Assembly (NCBI GenBank): GCA_048213135.1
Contig: PS015039.1
Location: 230,799-250,798, forward strand
Reading direction: 5' to 3'
Length of the DNA: 20,000 bases
From: Reclinomonas americana ATCC 50394
Lineage: Eukaryota
Shown: positions 10,401 to 19,684 of the stretch, piece after piece
Layout: each line of letters starts with the position of its first letter
How positions within the stretch are numbered: position 1 is the stretch's first letter
Made by a program: the position numbers and the translations under genes
Notes under the pieces: model-generated
What the model saw: the letters and a program-made list of their open reading frames with translations, nothing else
Database searches by the model: none
Told to the model about the DNA's origin: nothing

Positions 10401-12786
10401 GCCGAAGAGTCGGTGCTTGCCAAACCGCGCGCAATCACCGGCGACATGGCAGAGACGAGCGGCGGGTGGCGGAAGGTGACCGACGAGGTCTCACCGACGG
10501 GCAAATCCTTGCGATGGACCTTGAAAAAGTAGTCCGCTGCACGACGGGCATGTAAGACAGGGTGAAGAAGAAAGATACGTGTGCTAGCACACGACTCTTA
10601 CCTCGGCGGACGAGGGCGGCACGGTGGATGGCCGGCACACGCGGGTTCTCGTTGGGCGAAAACAGCCACCACATCTACCGGAGAGTGCGCAAGTCCATAT
10701 TATTCGGCATGCAGAGTCGAGAAACACAGAAACGATGATGCCTACCTTGTGCATGATGGGCTTGTGGTTGGCCTCGGAGTGCGGATTGGAGAGGTGCACG
10801 TCGAGGGCGCCGTCGAGTGAGACCGGCAACTGGCCACCAATCTGTGCACACCACATTAGGCAATCAATTGAGGGAAAAAAGTCTCGCACTCTACGCGACC
10901 ACCTGCGTACCTGCACTTGCACGCGCAGCTTTTCGAGCTCAGAGTGCTTTGGGTTGCCCTTGGTCTGCTTGACCACAAATGCCACATTGCCGTCGGCCTC
11001 GAAACTAGCAATCTGGACATTGAAGAACGGGGAAGCAACGCCCTCCAAGGAAATGAGGATGTCGCTGGGAGTTAGCGTCTGCGACGGTTGCCCGACGACA
11101 TCGTATGGCTCTCGGATCACGGCCAACGTGAACTTGGTGGTTGACTCGGCACGAGCAGGACCCTGCACGTGACGCGCACACGTGACAAGGTGCAATATTA
11201 TGCGCGCTGCGCACTCGGGCCTACGCACCAAGAACTTGACCCAGGCGTATGCTCCCACTGGCTCCTCCTCCTCGCGCGATTTGAGTGCCACAAAGGTGGG
11301 GGTGGAGAATCGCATGACTGCCGGAAAAAGCAAGTGAGTGAGCGAGCGGGCAAGTGAGTGATTGTGTTGGCCAAAAAAAAACAACGCACGGTATCGACAC
11401 TGATGCTGCAGCGCATCAAACACCAACGTATCCAACAACGGCAACGGTTCCACGCGCTGCCACAGCGCCTCGCCATCCCAGCACGACAGGTTCGGTTCGG
11501 GGCAAAACTGCGCACTCGACGCCACCACATGCTGCGTGATATGCAGCGGCAAATCGCTATCCCCACCCATCATCATCATCATTGCCGCCGCACCACCACC
11601 ACCACCAGCACTGCCCGACGCAGCACCCACAGTCCCGCCACCGCCCATGAACGACAAGGACGCCGCCGGCAACATTGGCAACAACATCGGCAGTGTGCCT
11701 CCGCCAACTCCCACACCACCAATGCCAACACCACCTGCGCCCACATGTACAGAAATGAGCAGACAGAGAGTGCGCATCATAGACCGCGCAGCGCACCCAG
11801 CGGTCCTGTAGACACCAGCGACGACACTGCCGAGCCCACCGACGGCACCGTACTCGTCCACGCCGAGCTCGCCCCGCCAAAGCTCGACCCGGCCTGCGCA
11901 AACCGCCCACCAACAACACCGCCACTCGCACCAGGCGCAGTCAACCGCCGACTTGCAGAGGCGATGAGGATGAGCACATACACAGGCGAGCGCGAGGTGG
12001 ATTTGTGTTGCTCACCTCGACGACGACGAGGAAGACGACGATCCCGACGAGGACGACAGCGATGACGGCGGAGGCAGTCCCGCAAATGCATGCTGCTGTT
12101 GCTGCTGTTGGTGTTGGTGTTGCAACAGCTAAAACGCAAGGGCGAGAAGGCATTGAGGAAGAGAAGAGAGGGAAGAGCAAGGTGGAAGACAAGGAGGAGA
12201 AGCAGGCAAGGGAAGAAGACAAGGGGGAAGTGCAAGGAGAGGAGATTGAGGAGAAGAAGAGCAGACAAGGAGGAGAAGCAGGCAAGGAGGAAGAAAGAGC
12301 AAGAGCAGGCAAAGGAGAACGAGCAGACAAGGAGAAAGCGCAAGGGAGAAGACAAGGAGGAGAAGCAGATAAGGGAAGAAGACAATACGGAAGAGCAAGG
12401 GGAGAGATTGAGGAGAAGAAGTGCAAGGGAGGTAGAAGACAAGGAGGAGAAGCAGACAAGGGAAGAAGACAATGAAGAAGAGAAGAGAGAAGACAATAGA
12501 ACAAGAGGAGAAGAGCAAGGAGAAAGAGCAAGGGAGAGGCAATGAGTGCGCCCTGAGACCAACTCACCAATGGTTTATGCTCCACGACTGCTGCAGCAGC
12601 TGCGGCTGCGGCTGCTGCACCAGTGGCGGTGGTGGCCCAGTCGTAGAGTCCCATGGAGTCGGCCACAGGCACACCTCCTCCTCCGCCTCGTGCAGCAGCC
12701 GAGGGCGCAGAGGAGGATGGAGGAGGCAGAGGCGGAGGCGGAGGCAACTGGTGGTTGTGGAAGTGGTGTGTGCGAGAGGCGGCCAT
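1422..12786 (-). CDS. Giant multi-exon NLR-like STAND protein: low-complexity N-terminus, beta-rich region, ankyrin-like repeats, NACHT, pentapeptide repeats, WD40, Roc-like pseudo-GTPase, WD40 array, conserved C-terminal tail
   Basis: ATG at 12786 (MAASRTHH...). Manual splicing gives a continuous frame through more than 30 mostly 55-90 nt GT-AG introns plus two long pyrimidine-rich introns, with no forced stop. Ends at TGA 1508-1510 or, via a last intron with a CTAAC branch point, at TAA 1422-1424 (..FSLLRV*). Some individual junctions are uncertain. Confidence 0.7.
1511..1672 (-). other. C-terminal tail exon of the NACHT-pentapeptide-WD40 protein (absent from the ORF track)
   Basis: Translates PLVDLRSLNLVGVSLAGVKGLLPRQTRLLVQHGAVMGP. 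This resembles the 'I.GV.GLS..N..LL.QRGA' end motif I recall for NACHT-pentapeptide-WD40 proteins, and is preceded by 'LTFHW'. Confidence 0.7.
1735..3937 (-). other. WD40 repeat array (about 9-11 blades) of the giant gene
   Basis: GH..WD-type units: LHGHSGPVQDVTF..LVSASWDGMVRLWE; KHSDSVNAVAV..ATGGRDQAVRVW; EHTGWVWDLNFSADGSYLASCGNDCTVCLFD; AHSGWVRSVRF..VSASADQTVRSW; LLGHRDGVTCVRF..LASGGMDSKVTIWQ; CVEFDPSGNTLASLSHDGGVVLWD. Confidence 0.92.
4004..4850 (-). other. Degenerate Roc/Ras-like GTPase domain inserted in the WD40 region
   Basis: Spliced sequence: RIVVLGPPESGKAELV (G1-like) ..FEIVVVENES (no DxxG) ..VALVCLTVDLSSSRSLQDQVQWLSMLVTCAP..PDLLVLFTHADL (Roc-type G4 THxD) ..YIAVNL. Order and spacing match a small-GTPase fold. 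Confidence 0.65.
4900..5235 (-). other. First two WD40 repeats, immediately after the pentapeptide repeats
   Basis: GHDVGINSLACCPTSPLMVTACR/DGTIRLY and HEHKDAPPVVEFSLDGRYVASGGKGCDVCLF, with a GTAAGC..CAG intron inside the first repeat. Confidence 0.85.
5268..5492 (-). other. Pentapeptide repeat segment (A[D/N]Lxx)
   Basis: ASGN/AISLLNWCGFEF..GANLSFASLEGVDLRGADMRGAYLEGVWAPNAKLEGANLEGCSFNQLP. Confidence 0.92.
5870..7308 (-). other. NACHT-type STAND NTPase domain of the giant gene
   Basis: Pre-domain YIAPKA..DLFGRLETFL. Walker A VVLADVGSGKT is carried by the 41-nt exon 7042-7082 plus the first base of the next exon. Walker B VFFLDGWES; sensor-1 KLVITCR; LAPLSNSQIRDFV; MRFPLFLRLV (GxP-equivalent); LLDQFV; winged-helix WSFSYDVIRQYF. 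Confidence 0.88.
8662..9510 (-). other. Degenerate ankyrin-like helical repeats
   Basis: LLFK/AILNDDFAQLRRI; VGFSPLALAALAHPQVFVAIL; RNRVGQHALLLAAARCDIAVVGTVL. These fit the G-TPLHLAA--G---VV--LL pattern loosely. Confidence 0.5.
9670..10051 (-). repeat. Long pyrimidine-rich (C/T on coding strand) low-complexity intron
   Basis: Almost pure G/A on the + strand; bounded by a GTTGCGT donor (10051) and a CCCGCAG acceptor, both phase 1. Confidence 0.85.
12150..12540. repeat. Degenerate purine-rich minisatellite in intron 1 of the giant gene
   Basis: Recurrent gaagacaaggaggagaagcag(a/g)caagggaagaagacaa near 12185, 12348 and 12436; ggagattgaggagaagaag occurs twice. Confidence 0.8.
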
Positions 12787-13570
12787 GGTCGGAAGACGCT
12801 GAGAGAGAGAGAGAGAGAGTGAGAGAGCACACACGCGCATAGTGTGAGTGTTTTTTTTTTTGTCGCACGTGGTGATCGTCGTCATCGTCGTCGTCGTCCA
12901 TTTCCTCACGACGGCGTCGCATGATTGCTGATGTGTGAGAGAGGGGGTCGTGTTGTGCTCTCTCTGTCTTGTGTGAGTGTGTGAGTGACTGTGTGAAAGG
13001 CGAATCGTGTCTGATTGAGGTCGTGACCACGAGGCTGCCACATGACCGCTCGCTCGTGTGTCTCTCAGAACGCATTGTCGTGGTGGATGCTTGCTCCCAG
13101 TCACGCTCTCTGTGGTGCCCTTGCTGCACATATGTGTGTGAGAGCGAGGGGAGAGAGAAAGTGTGCGGGGAAGGCGGTATTCTTTTTCCGCGCAACGCAT
13201 TGGATTATTCAATGTCGAATGTTGGGCGCATACAAAAGTTGGCATGCGCAGGAGCATGCCGTGGTGGAGAGTGAGAGAGAGAACTGCCTGTCTGTTTGCC
13301 TGTTTTGTTTGCATGGTTCGCAATACGGCCGGAGTTTCATCACATATGCATCCTCGAATCCGCGCCGTGGCCGCGCCGCATCTTCGCATCACCGCACCCC
13401 ACGCGGCCAGTCTGTCAGGCACCGGTCGCTGCAACCGGATCGCATGGGCAGACGCAACTCCAAGGAACAATTATCCGGGCGATGAGGCAGTCGAGCTCCG
13501 AATCGCCACCGCCCGGCAACTGCCTTCCAAATCGTGAAACGAGCGATATAAACACGACCACAGCAGCATT

Positions 13571-16500
13571 TTACGACCGGGGTGGATATTGTTTCCCGTT
13601 CACCGTCCACCGCGTAGGCGTCTGCTTCTCGGCCTCGACTTGCACCTGCGCCAGCAGCTGCGCGTTGCGGTAGACAGCATGCACGTCGGCGTTGGATTTC
13701 TGCACGGCGAATGCTGCAATGACACCGGCTGCGGTGCCGCTGGACCACTCCACCGGGTGCACGCGCGTGGCCGAGTTGACAATGAAACTCTGGCATGGTA
13801 GAGTGTAAGCACTAGCTGATATTCAGCGTTGCACACTGTACAGCGGAGCGCGCAAGCACCTGTGCCATGGTCTTGCCGGCGGCGACCAAGTTGGTGAACT
13901 TGGCGTTGGTGAAGGCGCGGTAGGGCAAGTAGAAGGGCAGGATGGGCCAGTCCTGGAAGACGGGCTTGGGCCACGAACAGCCGAGCACCGGGTGAATGTC
14001 GACATCGTAGCAGCCGATCGCCATGCGGTCGTCGTAAATGTGTGCCACCAGCAGGTCGGGGGTGGGGAGGCCCGAGATCTCCGTCACTTGCATCTGGAAT
14101 TGGTCCAGGCCCACCGAGCGGCGTGTGTCGCGCATGTATGGGTACTGTGCAAAGGGAGAAGGGTAAGGGAAGGGGAGGGGAAGGGGAAGGGGAAGGAGGG
14201 GAAGGGGAAAGGGAAGGGGAGGGGAAGGGGAAAGGGAATGGGAAGAGGAAGGGTGGGGGAAAGGGTGGGGGAAAGGCGGTGAGAGAAAGCAAGAGGGGAA
14301 GATGAGTGGAGAACGGTGGTGAAGAGGAAATGCAAACGGAAAGGGAAGAGAAGGAGAGGAGGGTGGTGGGGGAACGGAAAGGAGAAGGGGGAGGGAAGGG
14401 TGGGGTGAAGGGGAAGGGTAAACAGGAAGGGAAGAGTGGGGCGTTGAGGGAAGGGGAGGAGGACGGTGAGGGAGTGGAAATGGACAGGGAAGAGCGGCGT
14501 GGGGAAGTGAGGGCACGGTGGGAATGGGGAGAGAAGGATCGGTGGGCTGCCGCGAAGACATGAGGTCGATCGACGAGCATACTGGCAAGCTGAGAGGAGA
14601 AAGCAACTGCATGAACAGAAGAGTGCAGCAAGGAGAAGTGATGAGCGTGCTGCCATGCCACGGGCTTGTGCACGTGGCAATGCAACGGAGAAGAGACGAA
14701 GACAGAGTGCGGAGGTGAGCGCGAGACAGAAAGGGCGGAGAGCGAGAAAGAAAGGAGATGACACAACCTTCAGAAAGAGACAGCGTTGCATGAACCGAGA
14801 ACCGAGGACCAAAAGAAAAGAATAGAATGAAGAGACGAGAGGCAGTGACCAACCTTGGCAAGTCCATGACAGGTGCCCACAACGGAGCGAGCGAGTGTGA
14901 CACGGCCGCCGCTCTCCTTCGGGTCGGTGGTGGCGTTCTTGTACCAGAAGTGCCAGCCCATGGCGAGTTCCTCGCCGATGCGAATGGCATCGAGGCTGAC
15001 ACCACCCGTCCACGTACCGTTGCGAACACGCTGTTGCGCGTCAGCCATGCTCTCGAGCGTGTACGCAAACACATTGTCGTTGCCTTTTGACCAGTTCTGC
15101 AGCGTAATGTCGCCCAGTCGCACCGAGCCGTCGTTGGGTGCCGTGGTCTGCAGACGGCGGTACGTCCACACACGATCCCACGCGTACGTGGCCAGCGAGT
15201 AGCGCGACTCGAACTGGGGTGGCGGCGGGCCGAATGGGTTGTCGGGCTCCGGAACGGGTACTTCGTGGAGCTCCTGGTGGAGGGCGAAGGAGAGGGGGGA
15301 GGGGAGGGGGAGAAAAGGGGAGGGCGCGATGTCATTCACTCACAGTTTCCCACCATCCCACATTCCTTCCATCCTCTGCTCCATTCCACTCTATCAGCTC
15401 CAGTCTGCTCCACTCTGTACTGCTCCACATCATTCTGCTCCGCTCCACTCTGCTCCACACCATTCTGCTCCACTCTGCTCCACACCATTCTGCTCCACAC
15501 CATTCTGCTCCACACCATTCTGCTCAATACGCTCCACCTCCTGCACTCCGATATGCTCAACGCCACTACACTCCACGTTACTCCACTCCAGTCCACTCCA
15601 CTTTCCTCCGTTTCTCTCTCTCTCTCACCCTCCCTCCTTTACCCACTTACCTCGGCGAAATCAAACGTCGACGACTGCCCACACACATCCGACGTGCCAC
15701 CCACATCAATTATGCCCTGCGTGTACGGCGCCTCGCTCAACGCCAGCAACTCGCCCCACTCGGTGGCCTCCACAAACACCGCAGCCGTAAACTGCAGCAC
15801 GCGCTTGCTGAAATGCACCGAGTCCACCGGCGAGTACCAGTCGGGCAGCTGCTGGTACATGAACTGGCACGTGGTCGTGTCGAGGCTGGTGCGCTGCACG
15901 GCACGCAGCGAGGTGATGGCAGTGCCGGCGGCATTGGTGGTCACGCCCACCGGCACCGTGTTGTAGTAGATGCGGAGGGTGCTGCCGAGGGCCGCCACCG
16001 CCGGTTGCACGCATTCGGAGAGGAAGCGGAGGGGGAGGAAGCTGATGGAGAGGGGAAGGCATGAGGAGGAGGAGGAGGAGGAGGAGGAGAAGGTGGCGGA
16101 GGAGGAGGAGGAGGAGGAGGAGGAGGAGGAGGAGGAGAAGAAGAAGAAGAAGAAGAAGAAGAAGNNNNNNNNNNNNNNNNNNNNNNNNNNNNNNNNNNNN
16201 NNNNNNNNNNNNNNNNNNNNNNNNNNNNNNGGACGAGCACGTGGAAGGGGTGGAGAAGATGGGAGGAGAGAAAACAGAGGTGGAGAATGAGAAAGATGCG
16301 TGGAGATAGGTGGGAAAGAGAGTGCGGCTGAAGCAAGAACGAGCCGAGAAGTTTGCGATATTGCAGAGAAGGTGAAAGGCGTGGAAATGATAAGAGTGAC
16401 GGTGGGCTGCGTCAGGAAGTTGAAGCAAGATAGAGAGACTGGAAGAATTGATAATGAGCGGGGTCTCCCTTTCTCCGTTGCTCGTTTCTTTGTTATTCTG

Positions 16501-19500
16501 CATCTCCTTGTTCCTCTCTTCCACTCCCTTCCCTCTCCCGCCTCACCTTGACAATGTCCCTCTGATGATGTTCGATCTCCCACGCCACCTTGTGCTTCGC
16601 AAAGGCCTCGTACAGACGCGACCGCGTCACGCGGCACAGACTGGCGTCCAATCGCCGCAGCTCCTCCATCACCAGCACAATCATATTGAGCATGATGGGC
16701 TGCGCATAGTGAGCGCAGCATCGTCAACGAGATGCATGCACGAGCAGACGCACCGATGCCGCCAGGTCGATGAGGCCAGGAATGTGGTCAATCTGCTCGC
16801 GATACTGCGTCCATGGACCGCTGCCGCGGCTACCGGCCGACTTTGACTCGACGAATCTGCGGGGGAGGGGATGAGAGTTGGAAATCGCCGCTGCACTACT
16901 GTGATGCCGGGCGACGGAACTTTTGCAAGAACAAATCAATGTCCTCGAGCGCAAACAGGCGCAGCATGCATCGTGCAAGTGTGCGTTCCGGCTGCATACC
17001 CAATTCCTGTCGCGCCGCGCGTGGATTCACGGGAACAAAGCACTGCTCGGCCCAAAAGTTGCCGATGCGACTAATGTACTCGCGTCGCACGGATACGACG
17101 AGCAGCACGTTGTGCCACGCCTGAATGGGGAGCTGAGTGAGTGACGTACAGAAGGAGGTATGACGGATGGGGAACGGAACATCGAGGCCGTGCGTCACGT
17201 AGAGATTGTCGATGGCGTCGCCGCATTCGTCGTAGCCGTCGAGAACGAGGACCACGGTGCCGATGGAGCGGAGCTGTGGAGACGGGGGTGGGGAAAGAGA
17301 ATGGAGTGGAAGTAATAGAGCACGAGTCGCACCTCATCCTCTGTGAGGTGCAGCGCTTCATCCGTCACCGTCATGTTGCTCTCCTGCAACAGATACGGCA
17401 TCAACTTGTCGGCGGTGCGCAGCACACGCTCGGGGATGCCAGGCAGCCGCGCCGACAGCACCAGGGTGTCCGGTCGCTGCGTGAGGCGTGCGGTAAACTG
17501 TCGCAGCAGCACCGATTTGCCACCTCCGGACCAGCCGGCGACCACCAGGACCTGCGTGCGACAGAGATGGGTGAGCGGAGTGAGAGGGGAAGGGAGGAGA
17601 GGAAAAGACCTTGTCGGTGGGGTTTGTTCGACTGGCAAAGTTGTCGAGGAGGGTGTCGGCGGGCACGGCCACGAGGCGGCCGTTGGTGGAGTCGGCTTCG
17701 GTCTCGGTGCGGTTGGCCCAGAGGGGGACCTGGGAGGGGGAATGGGGAAAGGGGGAAGTGAGGGGAGGCAAAGGAGGAGGGGAAGAATGACAAGCGGAAA
17801 GGAACGAGGGCTGCTGACACATGTCGAGAAAATGCAAGAGGAACAAGTGAAGGAGCTGCATGAGAAGGCGGTGGAGAGCAAGGAGAAGAAGAAGGAGAAT
17901 GAGAGGGAGAAGAATGAGAGGGAGAAGGAGGAGAAGAAAGAAAGAAGAAGGGGATGAAGGAGGTAGAAGTGATGGTAAAGACGGGGGAAGAAGGAGTGGT
18001 GGCAGCAGGTGGAGGATAAAGCAGGGATTGGAGGGGGTGGAGGAAGAAGGAGAAGGTGGAAGAAGAAGAACAACAACAAGGAGAAGGAAGAGAAGATGAA
18101 TAAGGCGAAGGTGGAAGAAGATGAAGGAGGTGGAGAAGCGGAGAGACGAGAGAACACAATCGAGGCTGCATGATGAAGAAGAAGAAGAAGAACAACAAGG
18201 AGGAGGGAGAAGATGGAGAAGGAGAAGGTGGAAGAAGATGAAGGAGGTGGAGAAGCGATTGGATCATGGAGACGAGAAGAGACAATCGAGGCTGCATGAA
18301 GAAGAAGAGGAAGAACAACAACAAGGAGGTGGGAGAAGATGAAGAAGGAGAAGGTGGAAGAAAATGAAGGAGGTGGAGAAGCAATGGGACCACGGAGAAG
18401 AAGAAGAACAACAACAAGGAGGAGGAGGAGGAGGAGGGGAATGAGGAGGAGGAGGAGGGGAATGAGGAGGAGGAGGAGGGAGGAGGAGGAGGGGGAGGAG
18501 GAGGAGGAAGAAGAAGAAGAAGAGAGAGAAGAAGAAGAAGAGAGAGAAGAAGAAGAAGAAGAAGAAGAAGAAGAAGACGAGAAGGTGAAGAGCGACAAGA
18601 CACTGACGGGGAAGAGTGAGGAGAAGGGGAAGGCATGAGGAGAGGAAGACCAGAGATGAGAAGAAGTAGTGGAAGAAGAAGACGAAGGAGGAGGAGGAGG
18701 AGGAGAGACTGACCAGTTCGTGGAGACCCAGCAATGACCCGTGTCGCCGAGCTTCTGCAGGCATTGGAGAAAGTTGGGCGTGACATTGGCCGGATCGTGC
18801 GCCACATCGCTGACGTGATACGTAAAGTTGCCATTGACAAGCGTGTGCCTGCATGCCAACACAGAATGCACCTCAATGACTCCCACTCTCTCGGATCAAT
18901 CACAGTTGGGGAATGTACCATGCAAAGTCCACTGCTGGCACTGCACTCGCTGTCAGCTGACCGCCGACCCAGTCAGTGGGCTCAAGCTGGAAGGCAGAGA
19001 ATGACAATGAGTGAGTGAAAGAGTGTGTGAAAGAGTGCGAGAGTGAGCGGAAGAGTACGAGAGTGAGTGAAAGAGTGAGGGAGTGAGTGAATGAGTGAGG
19101 GAGTGTGTGAAAGAGTGTGAAAGAGTGAGGGTGGGTGAGTGAATGAGTGTGTGAAAGAGTGAGGGAGTGTGTGCGAGTGTGTGAAAGAGTGTATGAGTGT
19201 GCGAGTGAGTGCAGTGAGCGAGCAGAAGGACGTGAGGCTGCGCGAGTGATCATGATGAGATGCACAGTGTGAGACAACATCTTCACAATGCAGACTCCCT
19301 CTTTCCCCCTCTCTCTCCCCCTCTCCCCGCCTGCTCTCACCAGACACGTGCTCACACCACGCGAGGCCGAGGCGAGCGCCGCAGCGAGCGCCGATGTCGA
19401 CCTGATATCGAATCATCATCATGACTCCGCCACAAAAACCAACATGCATCACACAGACACACTCACTCACCCGCCAGCAATCACCACATCGCATTCCTCA

Positions 19501-19568
19501 GCCGCCAACGCCACACAAGCCACAACAAGAAGCACAAGCACAAACGCTGACACACGTCCGCCCACCAT
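13571..19568 (-). CDS. Secreted FAD-dependent oxidoreductase (FAD_oxidored/PF12831-like), 8 exons, 558 aa
   Basis: Exons 19568-19471, 19401-19341, 18986-18919, 18848-18714, 16041-15651, 15273-14854, 14144-13860, 13789-13571 total 1677 nt with all phases matching. Signal peptide, then CDVVIAGGSTSALAAALAS..CLLEPTDWVGGQLT (Rossmann fold), CWVSTNCFLP, VFVEATEWGELL, YPYMRDTRR, AIGCYDVDIH, PFYLPYRAF..NLVAAGK, SATRVHPVEWSSGTAAG. Confidence 0.9.
14150..14540. repeat. Low-complexity G/A-rich tract in an oxidoreductase intron
   Basis: GGGAA/GGGGA-type repeats on the + strand between exons 6 and 7. Confidence 0.8.
15375..15600. repeat. 15-bp minisatellite (ctgctccacaccatt) built from degenerate 5-mers, intronic
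   Basis: Exact tandem copies near 15475-15525 with degenerate ctcca/ctctg/ctccg flanks. Confidence 0.85.
16063..16164. repeat. (GAG)n-(AAG)n microsatellite abutting the assembly gap
   Basis: Directly visible; it forms the polypyrimidine tract upstream of oxidoreductase exon 5. Confidence 0.95.
16165..16230. other. Assembly gap (66 N)
   Basis: Run of N. Confidence 1.
16547..17729 (-). CDS. Partial NACHT NTPase gene (6 exons, 296 codons, no start or stop found) lying inside oxidoreductase intron 4
   Basis: Exons 17729-17610, 17551-17333, 17273-17181, 17120-16921, 16856-16754, 16699-16547 join in frame. Walker A VLVVAGWSGGGKS; Walker B VLVLDGYDE..NLY; sensor-1 LVVSVRREY; LRLFALEDIDLFL; LAASPIMLNMI; VTRSRLYEAF. 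Confidence 0.85.
18040..18580. repeat. Tandem repeat of about 120 bp (about 3 copies) followed by GAG/GAA microsatellites
   Basis: gtggaagaa(g/a)atgaaggaggtggagaagc at about 18111, 18228 and 18354; caatcgaggctgcatga twice; gaagaacaacaa repeated. Confidence 0.88.
19005..19215. repeat. GAGT/GTGA-type degenerate microsatellite in oxidoreductase intron 2
   Basis: Repeated gagtgtgtgaaa and gagtgagt units. Confidence 0.85.
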
Positions 19569-19684
19569 TGCAATCAAACGAGTACAATGCACGCCGAGCG
19601 AGCACAAATCCGCTTGCTTTGCTCTCACGGGGAGCACTTGTTGTTTTGTGTGTTTTCTCGTGTCACATACTCGAGTTTGGTAGT
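19569..19684. promoter_or_regulatory. Probable bidirectional promoter (116 bp between divergent ATGs)
   Basis: Inferred only from the head-to-head ATGs at 19568 (-) and 19685 (+). Confidence 0.55.

Noticed and set aside
11777-13470. 509 aa and 261 aa - strand ORFs and Glu/Lys/Arg-rich + strand ORFs
   Set aside because: They read through the promoter/UTR and the minisatellite intron; only 12786-12568 and the downstream exons look coding.
13474-13527. HDV-like ribozyme, fluoride riboswitch or SRP/Alu-like 5' end (GCCGGGCGGTGGCG)
   Set aside because: The required P3/L3, P4 and J4/2 elements or downstream consensus could not be matched; kept only as an unassigned structure.
13600-16064. Overlapping 300-500 aa ORFs, including HHSAP/STPFC repeat peptides
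   Set aside because: Translations of intronic repeats or shadow frames of the oxidoreductase exons.
15375-18420. CRISPR-like arrays suggested by periodic repeats
   Set aside because: The repeats are tandem and low-complexity without unique spacers, there are no cas genes, and the context is eukaryotic introns.
16231-18700. Transposon carrying the NACHT fragment
   Set aside because: No terminal inverted repeats, target-site duplication, transposase or reverse transcriptase seen, although one boundary is hidden by the gap.
17195-18921. Long ORFs of 563 and 506 aa rich in Ser/Leu/Phe/Pro, apparently fusing oxidoreductase exon 4 to the NACHT Walker A
   Set aside because: They are open only because C/T-rich repeat DNA lacks stop codons; real exons within them are bounded by clear splice sites.
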